Source: a virus | Taxonomy: Duplodnaviria; Caudoviricetes | Virus record (IMG/VR): IMGVR_UViG_3300030330_004160 | Span: 121,387-185,386 of that record | DNA: 64,000 bases | Direction: 5' to 3' (one strand) | In this document: in pieces, positions 56,748 to 63,917 of the stretch | Layout: every line of letters begins with the position of its first letter | Position numbering within the stretch: position 1 is the first letter of the stretch | The notes under the pieces: generated by a model | What the model was told of the DNA's origin: nothing | Database searches by the model: none | What the model saw: the letters and a program-made list of their open reading frames with translations, nothing else | Program-made: the position numbers and the translations under genes

Positions 56748-56982
56748 GAGTCGCTTTAATGTAAGGTTCGACTCAGACTTCGGCGGACCTACGATGAACA
56801 TCATGGTCGAACGAGAAGAGGGGATTGATTGCAATGGCGATACTCCTTACAAAAAATGGCAAGACAGACCCTCTCCCTTCATGGGGTGGAGGGTGGTGTA
56901 CTCTCATTACCCGCACGGATATCTTGCGGTGTTCTATGATACCGATGGCAACTACAAAGTGACAGCGGAAGCGGAGGCATAA
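56656..56982 (+). CDS. Hypothetical protein
   Basis: SD AAGGAGG; ORF of about 108 aa. Confidence 0.55.
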   Translation: MGMKADARKHKKADKKVAREAMMRLLADNVESRFNVRFDSDFGGPTMNIMVEREEGIDCNGDTPYKKWQDRPSPFMGWRVVYSHYPHGYLAVFYDTDGNYKVTAEAEA

Positions 56983-57140
56983 TGAAGATCGGTGATCTGG
57001 TGAGACTTACCTACACTGGGCTGCTCGGTATAATTGTATCAGCCGAAGACGAACATGGCTGGTATAAAGTGCTGGACTTTAACGGCACTGAATGGGAGTG
57101 TAATGGAATGACTTTGGTGGTTATCAATGAAGGTGGGTGA
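56982..57140 (+). CDS. SH3/KOW-like array protein (not in ORF track)
   Basis: MKIGDLVRLTYTGLLGIIV...YKV...LVVINEGG. Confidence 0.7.
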   Translation: MKIGDLVRLTYTGLLGIIVSAEDEHGWYKVLDFNGTEWECNGMTLVVINEGG

Positions 57141-57330
57141 TCTTGTAACATGGTGCAACGCTCATTATAGATCGCACACCTACGCACAGCCAACAAGGAT
57201 AGGTATTGTGATTGAGGTAGATATACCCTCATGGGATGCTGCCCGAGTGGTGGTTAGGGTCCGGTGGTCGGACGGACATTGTTTTGATTATTTAGCGAGT
57301 GATTTAGAAATAATAAATGAAGGTGGGTGA
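57127..57330 (+). CDS. SH3/KOW-like array protein
   Basis: MKVGDLVTW...IGIV...VRWSDG...DLEIINEGG. Confidence 0.75.
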   Translation: MKVGDLVTWCNAHYRSHTYAQPTRIGIVIEVDIPSWDAARVVVRVRWSDGHCFDYLASDLEIINEGG

Positions 57331-57496
57331 TTTGGTTAAAGTGATTGGTGCTGTTCTTATTTCCGATGGCTACATTGGAATAGTGGTGAAGGCATATCCC
57401 AAATCTGATTTATATGTTGGAGTGTTCTTTCCCGACACAGGCAAAATCCAGTATTTCCACAGAGACACATTGGAGGTGATAAATGAAGGTGGGTGA
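57317..57496 (+). CDS. SH3/KOW-like array protein (not in ORF track)
   Basis: MKVGDLVKV...IGIVV...VFFPDTG...LEVINEGG. Confidence 0.7.
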   Translation: MKVGDLVKVIGAVLISDGYIGIVVKAYPKSDLYVGVFFPDTGKIQYFHRDTLEVINEGG

Positions 57497-57722
57497 CTTG
57501 GTTAGATACAGGAACTACCCTGTTCCTACCATAGGGGTGGTTGTTGATGCCGCCCGGACAGGATCTTATGTCGGGGTTATGTGGTCGAAGCACCCTTGGA
57601 AAAATGCCCAAGGCAAGACTTACCATCATCGCTTTGATTTGGAATTGATAGAAACGGACAATAAATGTCCTGGCAAAGAACACGAGATAGAATATATTAC
57701 TAGTACAACAACGGAGGAATAA
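57483..57722 (+). CDS. SH3/KOW-like array protein
   Basis: MKVGDLVRY...IGVVV...VMW...DLELIETDNKCPG. Confidence 0.75.
   Translation: MKVGDLVRYRNYPVPTIGVVVDAARTGSYVGVMWSKHPWKNAQGKTYHHRFDLELIETDNKCPGKEHEIEYITSTTTEE
57656..57698 (+). promoter_or_regulatory. Palindrome promoter cassette 2
   Basis: GGACA-ATAAA-TGTCC, TGGCAA-16-TATATT, leader ACAACAACGGAGG. Confidence 0.7.
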
Positions 57723-58069
57723 TGGCTTATTTAAGAAAACAAGACACAGTATACTTTTTGAACGATGGTCGACCGGTCTTCTCTTTGGTAGAGAAGGTAG
57801 CCTTTCGAAGGTATCTCTCAAAGAAGATAGACCCAAAGACAGGCAAGGGCAAGATGAGGTCCATGCCGTATGCTATTTGTAAAGTCTATTCATCAGAGGA
57901 CACTACCATCCCCACAGGAGCAGAGTTTCTGATACCTGGCTATAAACTGCGGAACATTACAATGAAAGGAGACAAGATCCTTGTCTTGGACAAGACATAT
58001 GTAGCCGAGTTCAAAGAACAATATGGCAATGAATGGGTTAGCAAGTTGATCAACGAGGAGCGAAAATGA
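57722..58069 (+). CDS. Hypothetical basic protein
   Basis: 115 aa; SD GGAGG. Confidence 0.6.
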   Translation: MAYLRKQDTVYFLNDGRPVFSLVEKVAFRRYLSKKIDPKTGKGKMRSMPYAICKVYSSEDTTIPTGAEFLIPGYKLRNITMKGDKILVLDKTYVAEFKEQYGNEWVSKLINEERK

Positions 58070-58905
58070 GAAGAATGAAATGGGGGAAGGGCACTGTATC
58101 ATGTGGTCTTTGTCATGCCTTGGGGCACAATATAAGGAGTTGTCCTCACTTGGAAGAAGTGTTGATGGAAGCAGAACTAATCTCCGAAACTACTGATGGG
58201 GATATAGGTCGCCCACATAAATACAAGCCGTACCAACACATCAGAGCCCTATGGGAAAAGAAAAAGAGAGAAAAAAGAAAACCAAGACCAGAGTCAGCAA
58301 AGCCCCGCAGGTGTAGTTTTTGTAAGATGGAAGGGCACACCAAGCGGAACTGCACGTTCAAGTCGGAGGTCAAAGATATTTTCTATGAGGCCAATGCTGT
58401 ATGGAGAGCGGCGTTCCTCAAGAGAGCCAAGGAAGTTGGCTTGGGCCCAGGTGCTCTCATAAAAATAAAAAGATTCCAAGCCTACTCTGGTGCTACCGGT
58501 GGGTGGGGGGTCTACAAAAATGTCATTAGTCTTGTGACAAGCGCAGCATGGGATGAACTAACATTCATGAATAGTTATGGCGACCACTGGCAATATCAAT
58601 CACTGTGGTTGATTGAACATCATTTGGCAATCCCCGACAACAATGTCAAAGTCAAAATAGGCCAGCCGGAACTTAAACAATTCTTCGGCGCACTTTTTTA
58701 TGCTGACCCGTTACATAATAAAGGCATTAAAACCATAGAGATTATTAACAAGGCTCCGATGCCTTTAGATGATGCGTGGGTATACAATAAAGAAGTGAAA
58801 GAACTTGACTGGCTAATAGCACAGCACTCGTTGGGAGAACTTGAGCGTGATTATGCCATCATACCTTTGGCCGAGAGCATAATCAAAAATGGAATACGTC
58901 CATGA
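58066..58905 (+). CDS. Protein with two CCHC zinc knuckles
   Basis: CGLCHALGHNIRSC and CSFCKMEGHTKRNC (CX2CX4HX4C). Confidence 0.7.
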   Translation: MRRMKWGKGTVSCGLCHALGHNIRSCPHLEEVLMEAELISETTDGDIGRPHKYKPYQHIRALWEKKKREKRKPRPESAKPRRCSFCKMEGHTKRNCTFKSEVKDIFYEANAVWRAAFLKRAKEVGLGPGALIKIKRFQAYSGATGGWGVYKNVISLVTSAAWDELTFMNSYGDHWQYQSLWLIEHHLAIPDNNVKVKIGQPELKQFFGALFYADPLHNKGIKTIEIINKAPMPLDDAWVYNKEVKELDWLIAQHSLGELERDYAIIPLAESIIKNGIRP

Positions 58906-59120
58906 CTTACGGCTTCAACATGGGCGACTTGGTCTGGTGCGGACTCTCCCGTCCCAAAATGGGAGTCATTGTCGGCTTTGATTCGTCAGCGTTTGGCTAT
59001 CTTCAAGCCGTTCTTGTCGTGTGGATTATTGAACTTGGTGACTCCTATCGCTTCCTTGCTGAAGACTGTCGGGTTGTTGACCCGGACACAAATTGTCCTG
59101 GCGGACTTCCAAAGATGTGA
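58902..59120 (+). CDS. SH3/KOW-like array protein
   Basis: FNMGDLVW...MGVIV...VVW...DTNCPG. Confidence 0.65.
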   Translation: MTYGFNMGDLVWCGLSRPKMGVIVGFDSSAFGYLQAVLVVWIIELGDSYRFLAEDCRVVDPDTNCPGGLPKM

Positions 59121-59126
59121 TACATT
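59084..59126 (+). promoter_or_regulatory. Palindrome promoter cassette 3
   Basis: GGACA-CAAAT-TGTCC, TGGCGG-16-TACATT, SD AAGGAGGTG. Confidence 0.7.
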
Positions 59127-59150
59127 ACTACCATACCAAGGAGGTGCTGA

Positions 59151-59330
59151 ATGAAAGTAGGTGATTTGGTTAGAGACACAAAGGCTGAATGGCGGGGCTT
59201 TGGAATTGTTGTGAAGACAGGCAAGTTCGGCATCAATGATACACTTTTAATCTCCGTCATCTGGCCTTGCGATGGAGGAGTCAGAACTTGTGGACCACCG
59301 GGTAGATACGAGGCGGTAAAATGCGGATAG
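59151..59330 (+). CDS. SH3/KOW-like array protein (not in ORF track)
   Basis: MKVGDLVRDTKAEWRGFGIVV...VIW. Confidence 0.7.
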   Translation: MKVGDLVRDTKAEWRGFGIVVKTGKFGINDTLLISVIWPCDGGVRTCGPPGRYEAVKCG

Positions 59331-59509
59331 GTGACTTGGTGAGATGCTGGCGATGGGGAATTCCTGAAATGAGCGAAATGTCTTTAGGAGTTATTGTTGG
59401 CTTTAATGAAAAGGGCGAAGGTGGAAAAGACTTCGTTCATGTTTTTGTCGGTGATGAAGTTATTATTTTTATGCACTTTGATGTGGAGGTGATAAATGAA
59501 AGTGGGTGA
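59321..59509 (+). CDS. SH3/KOW-like array protein
   Basis: MRIGDLVR...LGVIV...DVEVINESG. Confidence 0.7.
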   Translation: MRIGDLVRCWRWGIPEMSEMSLGVIVGFNEKGEGGKDFVHVFVGDEVIIFMHFDVEVINESG

Positions 59510-59750
59510 TTTGGTAAGGTTTAATGAACTTGGTGTTGAGTGGTACATGAATCTTTGTGATTTTGAAGATGACGATGAGGGCTTTGATCAATTCCTTCGT
59601 TTCTCCGTGGTTGGTATTGTGTTGGGTGAAGTGGAGATCAAGGAATTTCTCCTGCCCTCATCAACCGAGCGGCGCATATTGTGGTCTTATCCGCGCCTGT
59701 ATGAAGAGGTCGATGAGCGTTACATTGAGGTGATAAATGAAAGTGGGTGA
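59496..59750 (+). CDS. SH3/KOW-like array protein
   Basis: MKVGDLVRF...VGIV...ILW...IEVINESG. Confidence 0.7.
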   Translation: MKVGDLVRFNELGVEWYMNLCDFEDDDEGFDQFLRFSVVGIVLGEVEIKEFLLPSSTERRILWSYPRLYEEVDERYIEVINESG

Positions 59751-59922
59751 CTTAGTGAGATGGAAGAACCGAGGCACACAATTTGATTACATGATAGGAG
59801 TGCTGCTGGATATCTACACAGACGGAGCAGGACGAGAAAGGTGCAATATTCTCTGGACCTGCGAGAGAGAAAGAGAAGACTGGATACCGCTTGATATACT
59901 GGAGGCATACAATGAAGTTTAA
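59737..59922 (+). CDS. SH3/KOW-like array protein
   Basis: MKVGDLVRW...IGVLL...ILW...LEAYNEV. Confidence 0.7.
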   Translation: MKVGDLVRWKNRGTQFDYMIGVLLDIYTDGAGRERCNILWTCEREREDWIPLDILEAYNEV

Positions 59923-60151
59923 GGTAGGCGATTTGATATTTGACAAGGACTTCCCTGAAGACGGCATGGCTCTGGTGATAGAGGTGAGAGAGCCAAAGAA
60001 CCGACGAGGGAGATGGTGGAAGATGGAAAACGGCTATCGGTGCTTGGAAACCCTCACAGGCAAAACCAACTGGTACACGGTTGGATATGTGGAGGAAGAA
60101 TGTGAAATGGTCAAAGCGGACACAAACTGCCCTGGACTAAAAGAAAAATAA
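59912..60151 (+). CDS. SH3/KOW-like array protein (paralogue of 61157..61393)
   Basis: MKFKVGDLI...EPKNRRGRWWK...ADTNCPG. Confidence 0.7.
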   Translation: MKFKVGDLIFDKDFPEDGMALVIEVREPKNRRGRWWKMENGYRCLETLTGKTNWYTVGYVEEECEMVKADTNCPGLKEK

Positions 60152-60160
60152 AGATATATT
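60118..60160 (+). promoter_or_regulatory. Palindrome promoter cassette 4 (drives uvsE)
   Basis: GGACA-CAAAC-TGCCC, TGGACT-16-TATATT, SD GAGGAGGTG. Confidence 0.7.
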
Positions 60161-60184
60161 ACTACCATACCGAGGAGGTGTGTT

Positions 60185-61096
60185 ATGGAACTTGGATATG
60201 CTTGTATCAATATGACCTTGTCCAAAGGTAAGCCAAGAGTTACCACGAACAGGACAATGATTAGACGGACCTTCGATGCTAAGGGTCTACCCTATGCTTC
60301 GGAGTTGTTCCTACAGAACTCTCTTGATTTATTGCGAATACTCAAGTGGAATCAGCAGCGGAACATCAAGTTCTTCCGGCTGTCCTCACAGATTGTATCG
60401 TGGGCATCAGAGTATGAACTCACGGACTTGCCCGACTACGACAAGATTGAGGAGGTGCTGTTCAAGTGTGGGCTGTTTATCGAAGAACATGGTATGCGGG
60501 TGACCACTCATCCCGACCATTTTGTCAAACTTGCTTCGCCCAAGAAAGATGTGGTCGACAATGCTATTCGTGACTTGGAGATTCACGGCGAGGTCTTTGA
60601 CTTGTTGTGCCTGCCTCGTTCACCATTCGCCAAGATCAATATACATGTGGGTGCTGCCTATGGTGACAAGCCTATGGCTCTTGATAACTTCTGCCGTAAC
60701 TTCCACCGACTATCAGACTCCGTCAAGTCTCGCTTGACTGTGGAGAACGATGACCGAGCGTCGCTGTATTCAGCCAAAGAGTTGTATGACTTGGTATACA
60801 AGCGCATCGGCACACCGATTGTCTTTGACTATCACCACCACAAGTTCAACACTGGCGGGCTATCAGAGCAAGAGGCTTTGGAGGTATCCGCTTCCACTTG
60901 GGGTGATATTACTCCCGTCACTCACTACTCACAGTCTCGGTCTGTGGAACACAACGATCCCAAGATCAAAGCCAATGCCCACAGCGATTCCTACTGGACA
61001 CCAGTGCAGACCTACGGTCTTGATGTTGATGTGATGTTGGAGTGCAAACACAAAGAACTCGGTCTATTCAAGATGCGAGAACTACTCGGACAATAA
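60185..61096 (+). CDS. uvsE: UV damage endonuclease
   Basis: LGYACIN, FFRLSS, HPDHF, INIHVG, LTVENDD, FDYHHH, HYS, AHSD, MLECK.KE. Confidence 0.93.
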   Translation: MELGYACINMTLSKGKPRVTTNRTMIRRTFDAKGLPYASELFLQNSLDLLRILKWNQQRNIKFFRLSSQIVSWASEYELTDLPDYDKIEEVLFKCGLFIEEHGMRVTTHPDHFVKLASPKKDVVDNAIRDLEIHGEVFDLLCLPRSPFAKINIHVGAAYGDKPMALDNFCRNFHRLSDSVKSRLTVENDDRASLYSAKELYDLVYKRIGTPIVFDYHHHKFNTGGLSEQEALEVSASTWGDITPVTHYSQSRSVEHNDPKIKANAHSDSYWTPVQTYGLDVDVMLECKHKELGLFKMRELLGQ

Positions 61097-61130
61097 ATGT
61101 CCTGGACTTTTCTTGGAAACTGGATACATT
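61088..61130 (+). promoter_or_regulatory. Palindrome promoter cassette 5
   Basis: GGACA-ATAAA-TGTCC, TGGACT-16-TACATT, leader ACCAACAACGGAGG. Confidence 0.7.
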
Positions 61131-61156
61131 ATTTATACCAACAACGGAGGTGGTGA

Positions 61157-61393
61157 ATGAAGTTTAAGATAGGTGACTTGCTATACGACAGGGATTACCC
61201 TGAAGATGGCTTTGCTTTGGTTGTTGAGGTGAAAGAGCCAAAGAACCGAAGAGGGAGATGGTGGAAGAACTCTAATGGCTATCGCTGCTATGAAATACTG
61301 ACAGGAAAATACGCTTGGTACACCACCGGCTACATAGAGGAAGAGTGCGAAATGGTCAAAGCGGACAATAAATGTCCTGGACTAAATGATTGA
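61157..61393 (+). CDS. SH3/KOW-like array protein (paralogue of 59912..60151)
   Basis: 58 of 78 residues identical to the 59912 copy by manual alignment. Confidence 0.7.
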   Translation: MKFKIGDLLYDRDYPEDGFALVVEVKEPKNRRGRWWKNSNGYRCYEILTGKYAWYTTGYIEEECEMVKADNKCPGLND

Positions 61394-61405
61394 AAAGGTT
61401 AGATT
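61363..61405 (+). promoter_or_regulatory. Palindrome promoter cassette 6
   Basis: GGACA-ATAAA-TGTCC, TGGACT-16-TAGATT, leader ACCAACAACGGAG. Confidence 0.7.
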
Positions 61406-61429
61406 AGATATACCAACAACGGAGATAAC

Positions 61430-61621
61430 ATGACTGATAACAAAAACGAGGTGACTATCACCATCAATGTGAGCGATTCGCTCCTTAATACTTTTGCTAA
61501 TCTTTTGATTTTAGCCAACGTACCTGCTCCCCAAGTACTGGGGCTACCCCCTGGTATGGCCGTTGCGAAACCGCCACAAAACAAAGCCCCTATCGGCTTT
61601 AAAGCACAGGTGAAGAAATGA
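61430..61621 (+). CDS. Hypothetical protein
   Basis: 63 aa; SD GGAG; ends in a PIGF motif. Confidence 0.55.
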   Translation: MTDNKNEVTITINVSDSLLNTFANLLILANVPAPQVLGLPPGMAVAKPPQNKAPIGFKAQVKK

Positions 61622-61878
61622 GTTATAAAAACAAAGAAGAATCAAAATGGAAAATTGGTGACTTGGTAACTCTTTCATCGGCAGGACTACGAACAGACCA
61701 GAACAGAGGTTTGACCAAGAGGAATGAAGATGGAAGGTTAGTTCCATATGGATTTGGGATGGTCACCAATGTCCTCAATTGTAGGCTTGAAAGATGGCCT
61801 GTTCGCTGCCGATGGATCGCAGGACCACAAGAGTTTGCAAGTTTTGCTGATTATGAATTGAAGAGGTACAAAGTATGA
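61618..61878 (+). CDS. SH3/KOW-like array protein
   Basis: SKWKIGDLVTLS...GFGMV...DYELKRYK. Confidence 0.7.
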   Translation: MSYKNKEESKWKIGDLVTLSSAGLRTDQNRGLTKRNEDGRLVPYGFGMVTNVLNCRLERWPVRCRWIAGPQEFASFADYELKRYKV

Positions 61879-62087
61879 AGAAATCAAAATGGAAGGTAGG
61901 CGATTTAGTGACCCTATCCGCAGCAGGTAGGAAAAGCCAACAGAATTATCAGGTGCTGGGAGGCTTCGGCTTGGTGGTACACGTATCAGACCATTGGAGC
62001 GACAACTACCCTATTCGTTGTCACTGGATTGGAGGCGAAGTGGAGTTTCAAACATTCAAGGACTACGAACTGAAAAGATATAAGTAG
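61875..62087 (+). CDS. SH3/KOW-like array protein (tandem paralogue of the preceding gene)
   Basis: SKWKVGDLVTLS...GFGLV...DYELKRYK. Confidence 0.7.
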   Translation: MKKSKWKVGDLVTLSAAGRKSQQNYQVLGGFGLVVHVSDHWSDNYPIRCHWIGGEVEFQTFKDYELKRYK

Positions 62088-62129
62088 GACACAATCTGTC
62101 CTGGACTATTTATCTGGGGCGGATATATT
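62087..62129 (+). promoter_or_regulatory. Palindrome promoter cassette 7
   Basis: GGACA-CAATC-TGTCC, TGGACT-16-TATATT. Confidence 0.7.
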
Positions 62130-62153
62130 ACTACCATCAACAGCGGAGATAAT

Positions 62154-62303
62154 ATGAAGATTGGTGACTTGGTTAGAGACTTAAAGGACGGCAGGATTGC
62201 CGTGGTGATTGGAACTCATTCTACGGGATACCAACGGGTTCGATTCGTTGATAGTGCCGACAGAGTATGGAGAGTCCATCTGAATGACTTGGAGGCAGTA
62301 TGA
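62154..62303 (+). CDS. SH3/KOW-like array protein (not in ORF track)
   Basis: MKIGDLVRDLKDGRIAVVI...RVRF...DLEAV. Confidence 0.7.
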   Translation: MKIGDLVRDLKDGRIAVVIGTHSTGYQRVRFVDSADRVWRVHLNDLEAV

Positions 62304-62464
62304 AGTTTAAGGTAGGCGATTTGATTATAAGGAAGAGTGGTGGACTGCTGGCTATAGTGGTAAACACCGATAGGCAGGACAGAGGCATTATAAAGGTTCA
62401 GTTTTATGGAGGCTGGGACCCTGAGTGGTGCGACCAACCGGTGGACGCTTGGAGGCATCAATGA
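62300..62464 (+). CDS. SH3/KOW-like array protein (not in ORF track)
   Basis: MKFKVGDLIIRKSGGLLAIVV...KVQF. Confidence 0.65.
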   Translation: MKFKVGDLIIRKSGGLLAIVVNTDRQDRGIIKVQFYGGWDPEWCDQPVDAWRHQ

Positions 62465-62560
62465 AAATATTAATTGATAGGCGAATGTTGTTGACTTTCG
62501 CCGCAGCAGATGCGGTCTTCTGGTTCTCATTGGGAGCATTTATATTTTCAGGAGGTTGCG

Positions 62561-62752
62561 ATGGAATATAAGGTAGGCGATTTGGTTAAAGACTTGAGTG
62601 ATGGTGAGATGATGATAATAGCGAAGATAAGACAGCCATCAGAAGATGACCCAAGAAGGATATGCTGCTGGTCACCGAAACACAGCGACTTCTACTGGTA
62701 TGACCACGAGGATATGGATTATTGGTTGAGGGTGATAGAATGTCCTGGATAA
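62561..62752 (+). CDS. SH3/KOW-like array protein
   Basis: MEYKVGDLVKD...LRVIECPG; SD AGGAGG. Confidence 0.65.
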   Translation: MEYKVGDLVKDLSDGEMMIIAKIRQPSEDDPRRICCWSPKHSDFYWYDHEDMDYWLRVIECPG

Positions 62753-62805
62753 GAAGAAACAGACAGAATAATAATTGGTATTATATAAAACAAAGAGAGG
62801 AACAG

Positions 62806-63096
62806 ATGAAATACAGACAAGTAACATGCAAAGATGGATTTACAATGTCGGTCCAAGCAGGCGAGAATCTACATTCAAGCCCCAAGCAAAACTCTGCGGA
62901 GCGGTACGAAGAAGTGGAAATAGGCTACCCCTCCGCAAAAGAGAGTTTAATACTGGAATATGCCGAAAGACCTGAAACTCCAACGGATACGGTTTATGCC
63001 TATGTGCCGGTACATATTGTTACCCTTGTAATTGCCAAGCACGGAGGCATCGTAAGTGGGGAGGTTCCACCGGGAGTTATAGCACTCCCAGCATAA
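62806..63096 (+). CDS. Phage hypothetical protein
   Basis: CKDGFTMSVQAG...VEIGYPS...PTDTVYAYVP resembles a motif seen in other phage hypotheticals. Confidence 0.6.
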   Translation: MKYRQVTCKDGFTMSVQAGENLHSSPKQNSAERYEEVEIGYPSAKESLILEYAERPETPTDTVYAYVPVHIVTLVIAKHGGIVSGEVPPGVIALPA

Positions 63097-63098
63097 AC

Positions 63099-63142
63099 GG
63101 ACAGAAAATGTCCTGGTGCCCTACTGGAGGAGGGGGTATATT
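63099..63142 (+). promoter_or_regulatory. Palindrome promoter cassette 8
   Basis: GGACA-GAAAA-TGTCC, TGGTGC-17-TATATT, leader CAACAACGGAGG. Confidence 0.7.
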
Positions 63143-63163
63143 ACTAACATCAACAACGGAGGA

Positions 63164-63415
63164 ATGATGAACGATAAAGTAGAAGCAATGCAAGAAGCAA
63201 TAGAATTTATCCAGAGAACTTGGCTCGGAAGTTTTCAAGGAAGTTGGGAAGGCCCAGTCAATGACTTTGTCGGCGCAACCATAGGCGAAGAGATAACCAT
63301 CGAAGATGTGCAAGCCATCGTGGAAGCATACAAGTCGGGAGAATGGACACCAGTTCAAAATATTGATGGAGATATTGAGAACGGAAGGCTGACAAAAGTT
63401 AGAGTTTGGAAATGA
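63164..63415 (+). CDS. Hypothetical protein
   Basis: SD GGAGG; follows a promoter cassette. Confidence 0.55.
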   Translation: MMNDKVEAMQEAIEFIQRTWLGSFQGSWEGPVNDFVGATIGEEITIEDVQAIVEAYKSGEWTPVQNIDGDIENGRLTKVRVWK

Positions 63416-63687
63416 GACGAGTGAAAAAAACATATCTAATTAACCTCGTGTGTATTGCGGGTGTATATTATGCCTTGTTTATGGCAAGCACTATTAAAAA
63501 CTGGAGGAAACGTGTACGGAACAAAGATACAAAGAGCCCAATTGACCGCTTCAAATATAGCCACCCTGATAGCCCTGCAAGTTGTGTTGGATGCTATCGA
63601 CAGGGAACCGGACGAAGAGACGAGAGCCTATCTCAATGAGAGAATGAAAGAACTATTCAAAGACCCCATGTGCGCTGAAGCCTGACC

Positions 63688-63730
63688 GGACACAAACTGT
63701 CCTGGACTATTTATCTAAAGCGGATATACT
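63688..63730 (+). promoter_or_regulatory. Palindrome promoter cassette 9
   Basis: GGACA-CAAAC-TGTCC, TGGACT-16-TATACT, SD AAGGAG. Confidence 0.7.
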
Positions 63731-63752
63731 GTTAGTATGAAAAGGAGAGAAC

Positions 63753-63917
63753 ATGGAGTGGATAGGCGAGTTCATAGAGTGGGCCGGATTTTACGGCATC
63801 GTTACAGAGGTTGTTGAAACTAACCATCACACTGGCTCTGTCATTTTGAGAGTTCATTGGACAGATGGTGGAACAAGCACCATGTACGCAGACGAACTAA
63901 CGAGGTTTAAGGAATGA
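63753..63917 (+). CDS. SH3/KOW-like array protein, divergent (not in ORF track)
   Basis: MEWIGEFIE...YGIVTEV...RVHWTDG...DEL. Confidence 0.6.
   Translation: MEWIGEFIEWAGFYGIVTEVVETNHHTGSVILRVHWTDGGTSTMYADELTRFKE

Larger units (their letters stand above)
56032..59756 (+). repeat. Dispersed ~33-bp gene-junction repeat TTGGAGGTGATAAATGAARGTGGGTGAYTTGGT, 6 copies
   Basis: Copies start at 56032, 57114, 57304, 57470, 59483 and 59724; each gives a 14-bp gene overlap. Confidence 0.8.

Noticed and set aside
59912-61393. Diversity-generating retroelement TR/VR pair
   Set aside because: Differences include many synonymous C/T changes (ggc/ggt, gat/gac) rather than adenine-specific ones; both copies are intact ORFs and no reverse transcriptase is visible.
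56032-63730. CRISPR array interpretation of the junction and palindrome repeats
   Set aside because: Repeats are degenerate and separated by more than 130 bp of protein-coding sequence rather than 30-40 bp spacers; no cas genes in the window.
56391-63730. Palindromes as Rho-independent terminators or integron attC sites
   Set aside because: Only a 5-bp stem, no U-tract, no RYYYAAC/GTTRRRY ends and no integrase in the window; fixed spacing to -10 hexamers favours a promoter element.
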